Assembly: GCA_016866875.1 (NCBI GenBank)
Contig: VGKY01000001.1
Span: 56,057-120,056 of the forward strand
From: Candidatus Peribacteria bacterium
GTDB taxonomy: Bacteria; Patescibacteriota; Gracilibacteria; Peribacterales; Peribacteraceae
Length of the DNA stretch: 64,000 nt
Direction: 5' to 3'
Positions 1 through 9,703 of the stretch are shown one piece after another. How positions within the stretch are numbered: the stretch's first letter is position 1; each line of letters begins with the position of its first letter. The notes under the pieces were generated by a model. That model was not told where the DNA came from. It did no database searches and saw only the letters and a program-made list of their open reading frames with translations. The position numbers and the translations under genes were made by a program.

Positions 1-673
1 GATCCCTCCCGTGGAAGCGCACGGTGTCCTTCGGGTCGATGTCGTAGCGCATCTGCAGCCGATGCAGCAGCCACTGGAGGCTTCGCATTTGCGCTTGCCG
101 GGGGAGCTCCAGATCAAAGTTCCCCATGAGGGCAATGCCCACGGTACCAATGTTGCCGCAGTAGACATGGCCGCCTATGACGTAATCACCACCTGCCTTC
201 CCTTCGAAGATCCTGCCGTCCGGTCCGATGACGTAGTGGTAGCCGATATCCCCCCAGCCCTTGCCGTTGGCATGCATCTCGTAGAGTGATCGCATCTTCT
301 CTTCTGAGGAGCGGTCATCGCCTTCGTTGAGGATCGCCGTATGGTGCAGGACCAGAAGTCTGACGTCGTTCCCGTACTGCAGTGGCCAGCGGTAGCTGCG
401 GTCGCCCTTCTTGCGGATGGTGCGCGATACGGAGAATTCCTCAGGGTACAGCCGATGTGCTTCCTCACATTCCTTCTGTCTTTGGGGAATGGTGTCTGGT
501 TCGGATGTCTTGTCATTGGCCGTGTTGGCTACCGCTGATGTCGTCTCGCCGTTCACATAGAGAAACGTCTCGTCAGCTCCCCATGCACTTCGTCCGACGA
601 TCCGGTAGGGCTCTGCAGCGAATACATTAAGAGGTAGCAGCAGAAGTATCCCGATGATCCCAAGCGCGTGCAC
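1..673 (-). CDS. N-acetylmuramoyl-L-alanine amidase (Amidase_2/PGRP-like), secreted; runs off the left edge
   Basis: Hand translation from GTG 673 gives a signal peptide MHALGIIGILLLLPLNVFA, then RSAWGADE, LVLHHTA, GWGDIGYHYVIGPDGRIFEG, GHVYCGNIGTVGIALMGNF. Not in the ORF track because there is no stop inside the window. Confidence 0.85.
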   Translation of the reverse strand, partial: MHALGIIGILLLLPLNVFAAEPYRIVGRSAWGADETFLYVNGETTSAVANTANDKTSEPDTIPQRQKECEEAHRLYPEEFSVSRTIRKKGDRSYRWPLQYGNDVRLLVLHHTAILNEGDDRSSEEKMRSLYEMHANGKGWGDIGYHYVIGPDGRIFEGKAGGDYVIGGHVYCGNIGTVGIALMGNFDLELPRQAQMRSLQWLLHRLQMRYDIDPKDTVRFHGRD

Positions 674-742
674 CGGAGCATCCTACTGGTTTGCCGTTCC
701 ATTTCCCAAACCGTACTTGCCCGAATGGAAGGCGGGAATGTT

Positions 743-1855
743 TCATGGGCTACTCTCCATGGTCTGGATCACGCGCTCGTAGCCTTCCACCATCTTCTCC
801 ATGCCAAAGAGGCGCTCTGCGGTTTTCCGCCCTTCTCTGCCGATCATTTCCCTCTTTGCATCATGCGCCATGAGCGAAGTGATGGCTGCACGTAGCGCCT
901 GAGGGTCGTCTGCAGGCACCACAATCGCATCGGATTCACTCTTCACATACCCCGCGATCCCGCAGGCATCGGTGACGATGACAGGGATGCCACAGAGCAT
1001 CGCTTCGCCCGCTACGAGGCCAAAGGGATCATGCTCGCGAGAAGGAAGGACGAAGATGTCGAGGGACGCGTAGAAGTCGTGGAGATTCTCTCTGTAGGGC
1101 AAGAGCGAACAAGCTTGTAGCTTTCGGCTTTCCGCTTTCAGTTTTTGCTCCTCGGGGCCGGTGCCAACGATGGTCAGGGAGACATCTTCCAGGCCTTTTA
1201 CTGCTTCGATGAGCACGTCCACACCTTTGTCCCAAGAAAGACGCGCAATCGTGCCGACACGAAATTCTACCTTCTGGTTCCCATCTTCTGCGTTCCGATT
1301 TCCACTCAGTCTTGAGACATCAATGCCGTTTGGTATGGCGATGACATTGGCAAATCCCAGTCGTTCGTAGATTGCTTTACTCAATTCCGACACCACAATG
1401 GTCGTGGCATATCTGCTCAATTTCCGTAATCGGGGAAGCCAAGGATTTTTCGTGAGCCAGCAGCCGACGCGGTCGTGTTCTACCCAAATCACAGTGATGC
1501 CCTGAGCGTGGAGATAGGGAGTGAGGAGAAGTTTTTCTGTGAGACTGAGCATCACCACAGCATCCGGATGGAATGAAGAATGGAGAATGGAGAATGATGC
1601 ATGCAACTTCCGTCTCATAGAACATTGTTCCCATAAAAAACTCAGAGCACGCCACTTGGTCACTGGCGGAGATCCAATTTTCAAACGTACAGCTGAAAGC
1701 TGAAAGCTGAAAGCTTCTCGTAAAAGCACCGGGCAACTCCCCAGAAACATCACCTCATGACCACGCTCCTGAAGGCCGCGCATGAGCGCGAGCGTTTGTA
1801 CTTCGGCGCCGCCCATGCGGCTTTCGAGGGGGAAGCGGGTGAAGAGGATGCGCAC
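743..1855 (-). CDS. Glycosyltransferase family 4 (GT-B)
   Basis: GGAE near the N-terminus; ARLSWDKGVD; DIFVLPS..DPFGLVAGEAMLCGIPVI. Confidence 0.9.
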   Translation of the reverse strand: MRILFTRFPLESRMGGAEVQTLALMRGLQERGHEVMFLGSCPVLLREAFSFQLSAVRLKIGSPPVTKWRALSFLWEQCSMRRKLHASFSILHSSFHPDAVVMLSLTEKLLLTPYLHAQGITVIWVEHDRVGCWLTKNPWLPRLRKLSRYATTIVVSELSKAIYERLGFANVIAIPNGIDVSRLSGNRNAEDGNQKVEFRVGTIARLSWDKGVDVLIEAVKGLEDVSLTIVGTGPEEQKLKAESRKLQACSLLPYRENLHDFYASLDIFVLPSREHDPFGLVAGEAMLCGIPVIVTDACGIAGYVKSESDAIVVPADDPQALRAAITSLMAHDAKREMIGREGRKTAERLFGMEKMVEGYERVIQTMESSP

Positions 1856-1903
1856 GACGTATATCGTATTTCGTAGATCGTATTTCGTATATGTGATCTG
1901 CGG

Positions 1904-2290
1904 TCATTTGTCGCGCCATTGATCGATCAGCTCTGAAATTGTCCTTTCCACATCATCACGTTGGTACGCGGTGCAGATGCAGGCCTCTGCTCCCGCCTGC
2001 TTGGCCTCTGCAAAGCACGTCGCGCTATCCATGGATGTGATGAGTGCGATGCGTGCTTGCGGACTCTTCTCTCGAAGAGAGCGCATGACCGCGGGACCAT
2101 TTTCCGAGGGGATGTTGTAATCGATGAAGGCGAAGGCGATATCCGGATGCTCGTTGATGAGATTGTTCGCCTCTTCCGTTGAGTACGCGACAAGGAGCTC
2201 TACATTCCAGTGGCTATGACGAAGCAGTCCCTGCAGAAGCATCTGCTTGCCCTCAGAGTCGTCCGCGATGAGAAATTTGGGGCGCGCCAT
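1904..2290 (-). CDS. Single-domain response regulator receiver (CheY-like)
   Basis: FLIADDS, AFIDYNIPSENG, IALITS, AGA. Confidence 0.8.
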   Translation of the reverse strand: MARPKFLIADDSEGKQMLLQGLLRHSHWNVELLVAYSTEEANNLINEHPDIAFAFIDYNIPSENGPAVMRSLREKSPQARIALITSMDSATCFAEAKQAGAEACICTAYQRDDVERTISELIDQWRDK

Positions 2291-2312
2291 GATGGTTCCT
2301 ATTGTATATCCC

Positions 2313-2338
2313 TAGCGGAGATTCATGAATCTCCGCTG
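2313..2338. repeat. REP-like palindrome, family (G)TAGCGGAGATTCATGAATCTCCGCT
   Basis: Near-identical copies at 44517-44577 (doublet) and 49570-49597. Confidence 0.8.
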
Positions 2339-2357
2339 CGGCTCTCCTCTACAGGTA

Positions 2358-2753
2358 TTACGCCTTTGCCAACTTCCGCAAAAATCCCCCAATCTCTTTG
2401 AGCGAACACTTCTTGGCGTTCACTTCGTGATCGAAGCTATGGCCCTCCCATTCCTGCTCCACCCCAAGGCGCACGCAGACGAGATCCGAGGGGAACTCCT
2501 CCTGCACAGTTTCGAGCATCGTAGCGCTGGGACAGGTAATGAGCACAGGACATTCTCCCGCTTTGCGCGCGTCGCGCACGCACTCGCAGGCGACAATGGT
2601 ATTGAAGGCCGTCTGGAAGTCGTCCGCTGTCGCTTGTTCGGGATCGTAGATGTCCTCGAGTGCGAGGTGCTTCCAGTTCGGATGATCTCCGAGGAAGCTC
2701 TCAGCGAGGAGGCCGCGTGCGGTGTCCGATGCTCCGGCGAGGAGGAGAAGCAT
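2358..2753 (-). CDS. Hypothetical protein, possibly a degenerate P-loop kinase fold
   Basis: LLLLAGASDTARGLLA resembles a degenerate Walker A; alpha/beta pattern. Confidence 0.5.
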   Translation of the reverse strand: MLLLLAGASDTARGLLAESFLGDHPNWKHLALEDIYDPEQATADDFQTAFNTIVACECVRDARKAGECPVLITCPSATMLETVQEEFPSDLVCVRLGVEQEWEGHSFDHEVNAKKCSLKEIGGFLRKLAKA

Positions 2754-2782
2754 GTGCAGTATGATTAACATATCATTATATC

Positions 2783-2995
2783 ATGATTGCTGATGCCAGT
2801 GAAGTCTTGCCGATGGCTTCGGAAAGCCAACGCCACTGCTGCCACAGGGATTCCATGCCGACCATCGAAGCATCGCCGCCGCAGCGGTTTGAGGATCTTC
2901 CCGATGAAGCGCAGCGGAGGGTCTTGAGCGCGATCATGGAGATGCGCGAGTACTGTTCGTTTGATCGCATGAAGGATCTCCTAGCGCAGTTGTAG
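2783..2995 (+). CDS. Small hypothetical protein
   Basis: ORF after an AT-rich divergent intergenic region. Confidence 0.35.
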   Translation: MIADASEVLPMASESQRHCCHRDSMPTIEASPPQRFEDLPDEAQRRVLSAIMEMREYCSFDRMKDLLAQL

Positions 2996-3153
2996 GGGAC
3001 GTGGAGCGCAGTCGACAAGCAAACGAGGCTAACCGGATGAACGCGGCTATATGCTTCTCCATTCTTCTTGATTCCTAGATCTCCTTGTTGCTGGGTTGCT
3101 ATCCCACCAGCTGCATCGTGGGGGGCACATGGGTGATGTGGATCACGCTGTGA

Positions 3154-3345
3154 TTAGTCACCTTGGCCATGCATGAAGTACCAATCTGCTCCATACTTCT
3201 TTACTAGCTTCTGAACGGCACTCATTGTTACCCGTTGGTGGGATGCGACCATGGGAAGTGTCGAAGATTGTTGCGTGGATTCGGGATGTTCTATAGCTCG
3301 TTCCAAGACATTGGGCGCATCACTTGAGTGAGGAGTATCGAGCAT
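3154..3345 (-). CDS. Small hypothetical protein
   Basis: ORF only. Confidence 0.3.
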   Translation of the reverse strand: MLDTPHSSDAPNVLERAIEHPESTQQSSTLPMVASHQRVTMSAVQKLVKKYGADWYFMHGQGD

Positions 3346-3492
3346 GGGCGCACACTCTGGTGCATATGTTTATCTTATGCAAGTAAGTTTTCCTGCTCTG
3401 TTCTTGCGCTTCACAAAGTCCTGAGCGTCGTCCTTCATCAGATCTACACACAAAACACTTCGATCTTCATGACAGTGTTACACACTGTAAAG

Positions 3493-4800
3493 TTAGCCGA
3501 TGCTCTTCTGTCCTCCCATGTATGGTCGCAGCACCTCGGGCACCGTCACGCTGCCATCCTTGTTCTGGTAGATCTCGAGAATCGGGATCAGGATTCTCGG
3601 TGAAGCAATGCAGGTGTTATTGAGAGTGTGCACGAATTTCTTTTCACCGGACGGGGTTACGTACTTGATATTCAGGCGCCTTGCCTGGAAGTCCCCGAGG
3701 TAGCTACAGCTGTGGGTCTCGCCGTAGGCTTCTCGGCTTGGCATCCAAGTCTCGATATCCTGCATGAAGACCTTACCCTTGCCCATGTCCCCGGTGCACA
3801 CGTCCATGACGCGGTAAGGGAGCTCTAGGGCAGCGAGTATGTCCTCGGCGTTCTTCCGGATTTCCTCGAAGAGTTCGAGTGCTGTATTGATATTCGCTTC
3901 GCACAGAACCACTTGCTCCACTTTCTCAAACTGGTGCACGCGATAAAGACCTTTCGTGTCTTTGCCGTATGTCCCCGCCTCCCTGCGAAAACACGTGCTG
4001 TAACCGGCGTAGCGTTTTGGGAGATCTGCTTTCGTGAGCACTTCGTCTTTATGAAAACTGCAAACGGTGACTTCGGAAGTTCCAATCAGGTGCAATCCAT
4101 CCGGCTCGATCGCTCCTCCAGATTGCTCCTGCCCTCCGACGGCATAGATATTCGCCTGGTCGGCACCGGGAAAGAATCCCGTGCCCACAAAACAGGCTTC
4201 GTTTGCAAGAAGCGGCGGAGCGAAGAGCGTCCAGCCTTTTGCTACAAGTGCGTCGATCGTGAAGCGCAGCACCGCTTGATGGAGCCGCGCGCCGTCCCCT
4301 TTCAGGAAGTAGCTTCTGGCGCCGGAGACTTTTGCGCCACGGGGAATATCAATGATGTTCAATGCTTCACCGAGCGTCACATGGTCTTTCGGTGATGTCA
4401 CCCTGAGCGTAGTCGAAGGGTCTTTTCCGACGCGCTTGCTCTCCACATTATCCTTATCACTTTTCCCGACGGGAGCTGTATCAAGTGGGATCGATGGCAG
4501 CATGTATTGCATCGCCTTCCATTCGGATTCCAGGACGCTGAGTTGCTCCTCTCCCCCCTTCACGGTGGCACTAAGGGCTTTCATCTCCGAGAGAGCCGCG
4601 GCTTTCTCTTCTCCCTTGAGAGTAGGCATTTTCTTGTTCGCAGCATTTTGCGTACTGCGCTTCTCGTCGAGTTCCTTCTGCAGCCCCCTGCGCTTCTCGT
4701 CGAGTTTCAGAAATGCTGCCACATCGATAGCGATGTTCTTGTTCTTCGCGGCCGCCTGATAGGCCTCTGGCCGCTTGCGGAGATCATCCAAGTCAATCAT
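3493..4800 (-). CDS. serS: Serine--tRNA ligase
   Basis: N-terminal coiled coil; LIGTSEV; CFRREAG; GLYRVHQFEKVEQ; ETHSCS; HTLNNT. Confidence 0.97.
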   Translation of the reverse strand: MIDLDDLRKRPEAYQAAAKNKNIAIDVAAFLKLDEKRRGLQKELDEKRSTQNAANKKMPTLKGEEKAAALSEMKALSATVKGGEEQLSVLESEWKAMQYMLPSIPLDTAPVGKSDKDNVESKRVGKDPSTTLRVTSPKDHVTLGEALNIIDIPRGAKVSGARSYFLKGDGARLHQAVLRFTIDALVAKGWTLFAPPLLANEACFVGTGFFPGADQANIYAVGGQEQSGGAIEPDGLHLIGTSEVTVCSFHKDEVLTKADLPKRYAGYSTCFRREAGTYGKDTKGLYRVHQFEKVEQVVLCEANINTALELFEEIRKNAEDILAALELPYRVMDVCTGDMGKGKVFMQDIETWMPSREAYGETHSCSYLGDFQARRLNIKYVTPSGEKKFVHTLNNTCIASPRILIPILEIYQNKDGSVTVPEVLRPYMGGQKSIG

Positions 4801-4872
4801 AAGAATGCGGGTAGTACTTCTTTGGCCTTTAGACGAGCCCTGAGTATCATCGAGGGGCGGAGATCATCCGGG

Positions 4873-5469
4873 TCAATCATGGCGCGAGTATACGGCCCTG
4901 GTTTCTCCTGCGCTACGTCGTTGGACCTGCCGCCTCGTCGCAGGCATTCCTGTATTATCCTCGTCATCAGTGGGGTATGCGCGGAAGATTTCGGGGCGGC
5001 CTACAAATTCCCGCTTGGCATCTTTGTGCATCTGATACAGTCCGTCACCACACTTCGTTGTAAACATCTCAAACCAGTGCCAGTGCTTGACTTCCTCGCC
5101 GGGATTGAGAAGGTAGAGCGTGGTATTCGGCTTGTCGGTGAACTTTCCAAGCTCGCCGAATGTCCCCTCATTGGCCATGATGACATTGGTCAGGTCAACA
5201 GCGATGGTGCGGACATTGCGCCTGAGCATGCCGTTGAGTTCCGTGCGCAGTCTAGACTGATCAGACCCGGTCCATGCCGTAGGCTTTTCTGCCTTGCGCG
5301 GCCGCACGATAGGGATGGAAAGTACTTTTCCTGCCTCATTGCGCAAAGCATACACATCGTTTTCGATCTCTTGTGATCCATTAGCATCTCCTTCCATTTC
5401 GATTGCCTGAAGTTCCGCGGCCGATGGCAACTCGTCATCTTCTTCGTCAAAATAATCCGCACGATTCAT
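4873..5469 (-). CDS. Hypothetical protein with acidic N-terminus and degenerate STAS-like segment
   Basis: TIAVDLTNVIMANEGTFGEL..LYLLNP resembles STAS; AT-rich TTGACT promoter directly upstream. Confidence 0.5.
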   Translation of the reverse strand: MNRADYFDEEDDELPSAAELQAIEMEGDANGSQEIENDVYALRNEAGKVLSIPIVRPRKAEKPTAWTGSDQSRLRTELNGMLRRNVRTIAVDLTNVIMANEGTFGELGKFTDKPNTTLYLLNPGEEVKHWHWFEMFTTKCGDGLYQMHKDAKREFVGRPEIFRAYPTDDEDNTGMPATRRQVQRRSAGETRAVYSRHD

Positions 5470-5572
5470 ATAGGTAAATGTAAAATAAATTAATAATTAG
5501 TCAATGATTTGTCTTAGACTATTTGACTGATTCCTAAGAACGATGAGAGCTGGGTGTGTACAATCTCCAAAC

Positions 5573-7561
5573 ATGCCCAAAGATCAGCCCTTCAAGCTCG
5601 TCGCCCCATGGAAACCTACCGGTGACCAGCCTGCGGCCATCGAACAATTGCTGCGCGGTGTCGCTGCAGGCCAGCGCCACCAGTCGCTGCTTGGAGCCAC
5701 CGGCACGGGAAAGACCTTCACCATGGCCAATATCGTCGCTGAACTCAATCGCCCGACGCTGGTGCTTGCACACAACAAGACCTTGGCGGCGCAGCTCTGC
5801 AACGAGTTCCAGACGTTCTTTCCCGAGAATGCCATCTCGTACTTCGTCTCGTACTACGACTACTACCAGCCGGAGGCCTACATCCCCAGTAGCGACACCT
5901 ACATCGAGAAGGATGCGAGTATCAACGAGGAGATCGAGAAGTTCCGGCACGCCGCAACCATGAACTTGCTCACGCGCAGAGACGTTCTCATCGTCGCCTC
6001 GGTCAGCTGCATCTACGGTCTTGGTGATGTCGAGAGTTACGAAGCGCTCGCCATCCACCTAGAGCGCGGCATGCCGATCCAGCGCGACAAGCTCATACGC
6101 CGCCTCATCGATATCCAGTACCGCCGAAGCTCCATGCAGTTTAAGCAGGGCATGGTGCACGTGCTCGGCGACACCATCGAGGTCTTTCCTCCGGGCGGCG
6201 ACACGGTGATCCGCATGGAGATGCCCTTCGACGAGATCGAAACTATCCAGGAAGTCGATAGCTTCACCGGAGAGCTCATTGCCGATCTGCAGCAGGTCAG
6301 CATCTTCCCCGCGTCGCACAACGTCACCACCAAGGAGAAGATCGATGCCGCTTGCGGTGGCATCAAGGCGGAGCTTGAGGTGCATGAGAAAGAACTTCTC
6401 AAGATGGGCGAGCTTGCGAAGGCCGAGCGGCTGCGGCAGCGCACGGACTACGACATCGAGATGCTCAAGGAGACAGGCTACTGCACGGGCATCGAAAACT
6501 ATGTGCGCTACCTCAACAACAACGGAGAGGAAGGGCGGCCGCCATCCACTCTCCTCGACTACTTCCCCAAGGATTTCCTCCTCTTCGTCGACGAGTCTCA
6601 CATTTCCATTCCTCAGGTTGGCGGTATGTACGAGGGAAACCGTTCGCGCAAGCAGACCCTCATCGACTTCGGGTTCCGCCTCCCCTCTTCGCACGACAAT
6701 CGCCCGCTGAAGTTCCCGGAGTTCGAGCAGCGCTTGAACCAGTGCATCTACGTCTCGGCGACGCCAGGACCGTACGAGTACAAGCATACGCCCAAGGAGT
6801 GGCTCTCCGAGCAGATCATCCGCCCCACAGGACTACTCGATCCGGTGGTCACGGTGAAACCGACGAAGAACCAGATCGACGATATCGCCGCGGAGATCGA
6901 TGCCACGAAGAAGCGCGGAGAGCGCGTGCTCATCACCACGCTCACCAAGAAGATGGCCGAGGACATGACGCAGTTCTTCGCCGATCGCGACGAGCGCGTG
7001 CGCTACCTCCACAGCGACATCGAGACCCTCGAACGCATCGAGATCCTCCGCCAGCTCAGGACCGGCGAGATCGACATCCTCGTAGGCATCAACTTGCTCC
7101 GCGAAGGTCTCGATCTCCCCGAGGTCAGCTTCATTGCCATCCTCGATGCCGACAAGCAGGGATTTTTGCGCTCGCGGGATGCACTCATCCAGACCATCGG
7201 CCGAGCGGCGAGAAATGTCCACGGTCACGTGACGCTGTATGCCGACAAAGAAACCGTGGCGATGCGCGCGGCACTCGATGAGACGGAGCGGCGCCGTAGC
7301 GTGCAGCAGGCCTACAACATCAAGCACGGCATCACCCCGAAGAGTATCGAGAAGGCCGTGCACGACATTGCCGAGGAGCACCGGAAGCTGGAGTTGCGGC
7401 GTCCGAAGCGCGATCCCCAGAAAATTCCCCGTGACGAGCTCAAGCGGCTCATCGAGCAGCTCGAGAACCAGATGGCGCTCGCCGCGGAAAACCTGGAGTT
7501 TGAGAAGGCTGCGGATCTGCGAGATGAGATTGAACTGCTGAATCGGCAGTACAAAAAATAA
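5573..7561 (+). CDS. uvrB: Excinuclease ABC subunit B
   Basis: LGATGTGKTFT, YYDYYQPEAY, DESH, GINLLREGLD, QTIGRAARN, C-terminal UVR domain. Confidence 0.98.
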   Translation: MPKDQPFKLVAPWKPTGDQPAAIEQLLRGVAAGQRHQSLLGATGTGKTFTMANIVAELNRPTLVLAHNKTLAAQLCNEFQTFFPENAISYFVSYYDYYQPEAYIPSSDTYIEKDASINEEIEKFRHAATMNLLTRRDVLIVASVSCIYGLGDVESYEALAIHLERGMPIQRDKLIRRLIDIQYRRSSMQFKQGMVHVLGDTIEVFPPGGDTVIRMEMPFDEIETIQEVDSFTGELIADLQQVSIFPASHNVTTKEKIDAACGGIKAELEVHEKELLKMGELAKAERLRQRTDYDIEMLKETGYCTGIENYVRYLNNNGEEGRPPSTLLDYFPKDFLLFVDESHISIPQVGGMYEGNRSRKQTLIDFGFRLPSSHDNRPLKFPEFEQRLNQCIYVSATPGPYEYKHTPKEWLSEQIIRPTGLLDPVVTVKPTKNQIDDIAAEIDATKKRGERVLITTLTKKMAEDMTQFFADRDERVRYLHSDIETLERIEILRQLRTGEIDILVGINLLREGLDLPEVSFIAILDADKQGFLRSRDALIQTIGRAARNVHGHVTLYADKETVAMRAALDETERRRSVQQAYNIKHGITPKSIEKAVHDIAEEHRKLELRRPKRDPQKIPRDELKRLIEQLENQMALAAENLEFEKAADLRDEIELLNRQYKK

Positions 7562-7563
7562 TC

Positions 7564-7604
7564 AAAAAAGCCGCGCCCCGGGGGGACGCGGCTCTGATGT
7601 TTTT
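7564..7604. terminator. Hairpin between convergent genes (likely bidirectional terminator)
   Basis: AAAAAAGCCGCGCCCC..GGGGACGCGGCT. Confidence 0.6.
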
Positions 7605-7607
7605 CGG

Positions 7608-7913
7608 TTAGTCGCTTTCCTGATAGCGGATGCCATCGCGTGCAGCACCGATACAGCGTGTGCGGCGCTGACCCGAAAGGTGGTCACATGCATCCGTCTC
7701 CTCGTTTTGCGCTGGAGCGGCGGCATGGCGACTTTCGTAGGTGCTCTGGCCATCGCCCTTGTAGAGGTCGCGCTTTTGGAAGATCTCGCGGTAGTTGTCC
7801 TGATCCGTATAACGGTAGGAAATCACCTGTGTGGAGTACTGCGCTCCTGCGCCAATAATGGTGCCTGCAAGGACGCCGGCAAGCGCGGCAATAATCGTCT
7901 GACGATTCTTCAT
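7608..7913 (-). CDS. Hypothetical secreted/membrane protein
   Basis: N-terminal hydrophobic helix; C-terminal Cys pair. Confidence 0.6.
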   Translation of the reverse strand: MKNRQTIIAALAGVLAGTIIGAGAQYSTQVISYRYTDQDNYREIFQKRDLYKGDGQSTYESRHAAAPAQNEETDACDHLSGQRRTRCIGAARDGIRYQESD

Positions 7914-8058
7914 ACTGAGTGTGAGGAAGTGGATATTAGTGATATTATAACATATATATAGAATAAAACAAATAGTAGGACTTTCCCGAAAACTGGCTAT
8001 TGACTCCTATATAGTAAATGTTACTATAATTGCCATTTTGTCAAATTATACTATTAAT

Positions 8059-8490
8059 ATGCGTTCTACGATCAGTCTCTTCTCAGCCATCGCCTTCGCC
8101 CTCGTTTGTACCGTTCCGGCTGCCGAGGCGTCCTATGATGTTCATCCGTGGGAGTTCCGTCAGCGCCGCCCTATAGAGCGCAGGACGCTTGCTACAGACT
8201 ACGCGGATCTGGAGGAGTACTACGACCAAAGCCCGCACAGGTCGAGCACGCATGCCTTGCACCCTCTCAACCGTCGCCGCTACTACAATCTTCGTCCCTA
8301 CATCTACGTGGGCGAGCGCGGCATCCACGGGTTGCTGCCGCTCAACAAAATCTACGAGTACAATCGCGATACGCACCGCCGGTCGAGAATCGAGATTGGC
8401 GGCCCTGCAAAAGGGAGCGAGTGCCTCAACTACTCCTTCAATCGCCCCAACTACCGGGTTCCTCCGTTTGGGTACAAGTGTCAGGATTAG
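8059..8490 (+). CDS. Hypothetical secreted protein
   Basis: Signal peptide ending AEA; TATACT 6 nt upstream of the ATG. Confidence 0.65.
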   Translation: MRSTISLFSAIAFALVCTVPAAEASYDVHPWEFRQRRPIERRTLATDYADLEEYYDQSPHRSSTHALHPLNRRRYYNLRPYIYVGERGIHGLLPLNKIYEYNRDTHRRSRIEIGGPAKGSECLNYSFNRPNYRVPPFGYKCQD

Positions 8491-8499
8491 TATCAGTCT

Positions 8500-8802
8500 A
8501 TGACTGAACTTTCTCACAATAACGATCAGGAGAGAAAGGCTGAGGATGCCCAGATCGGCCCTCTCATCGTTCGTCTCGCCGAGGAGAAGGGTCTTGATCT
8601 TGAGAAAGCAGCCAACCTTAGTCCGGAATATGTTGGCGGCATGAGAGATGGGAAGCGTGAGCTCTCCAACTGGGCCATCGTTCGCTGTGCACGTGTACTG
8701 GAATTATCCAATGTGCCCGCTATAGGAGTTCAGGGACCCGAGCTCAGTGTTGCTGTAGCGCGAATACGCAGCTATCTATTGCAGCTTCTCGATAGCAAAT
8801 AA
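8500..8802 (+). CDS. XRE-like HTH protein (divergent)
   Basis: KAANLSPEYVGGMRDGKRELS..RCARVLEL. Confidence 0.5.
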   Translation: MTELSHNNDQERKAEDAQIGPLIVRLAEEKGLDLEKAANLSPEYVGGMRDGKRELSNWAIVRCARVLELSNVPAIGVQGPELSVAVARIRSYLLQLLDSK

Positions 8803-8805
8803 CAA

Positions 8806-9627
8806 TTACTCAAAGATCTTCACAGCTTCTCTGAACCCTTCCGGTGTCCCCGTATCGAGACGGATGCCTTCGCAGTGCACGCCGTGGACAGGTGTTGTGG
8901 AAAGTGAGGCGATGAGCGCATCGATAAGACGGATTTCCCCACCTTCACCATTCGAGACCTTCGGAAGTACTGCAAAGACGGATTGAGGGATCAGGTATCG
9001 TCCAACAATTCCTAGCGTTGATGGCGCGGATTCCGGCTTCGGTTTTTCCACCATGCCCTTGAGCTTCATTACGCGTTCATCTTTGGGGTGGCGCGTATCT
9101 ACCGTCACGATGCCGTAGCGGTGCGTGTGTTCCTGTGGGATATCCTGCAACGCAACATAGGCTCCATGATCGTCACCGGTGAGCTTCGCGGCATCTCGGA
9201 GCTGCTCCAGACCCGAACGCTTTCCCAAAAACAAATCATCACCAAACAAGATGGCCACTGTCGGAGACTTTGCCCAACCGACGGCTTGCAAGATGGCGTG
9301 TCCGTCGCCGAGCTGCTGATCTTGGTACACCACGTGAAACTTCACCTCGTCGTAGCGCTTGAGCTGTTCGAGGAAGTGGCTCTTGCCTCTGCGCTTGAGC
9401 TCCGCTTCGAGTGCAGGGTCCTGGTAGAAGTACTGCGGGATCGCTTCCTTGCCGCGGCTGATCACAAAGCAGATTTCGCGGATCCCCACACTCAGGCATT
9501 CATCCACAAGATGCGCGATGATCGGCTGATTCCCGAGAGGCAACAATTCCTTCGGAACGGCCTTGGTCCAAGGCAAAAAACGGGTTCCGAGGCCGGCAAC
9601 GGGAAGGATGGCCTGCGTGAGTTGCAC
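8806..9627 (-). CDS. galU: UTP--glucose-1-phosphate uridylyltransferase
   Basis: AILPVAGLGTRFLPWTKAVPKELLP, LGDGHA, VEKP, GEIRLIDA; GTG start chosen at 9627. Confidence 0.92.
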   Translation of the reverse strand: MQLTQAILPVAGLGTRFLPWTKAVPKELLPLGNQPIIAHLVDECLSVGIREICFVISRGKEAIPQYFYQDPALEAELKRRGKSHFLEQLKRYDEVKFHVVYQDQQLGDGHAILQAVGWAKSPTVAILFGDDLFLGKRSGLEQLRDAAKLTGDDHGAYVALQDIPQEHTHRYGIVTVDTRHPKDERVMKLKGMVEKPKPESAPSTLGIVGRYLIPQSVFAVLPKVSNGEGGEIRLIDALIASLSTTPVHGVHCEGIRLDTGTPEGFREAVKIFE

Positions 9628-9703
9628 GGGCTGAGCATAAGGCACTCGTTTGACTCTTTCCACTAAATCCCCTACAATGGTGGGAAATTTACACCCAAAT
9701 CTC

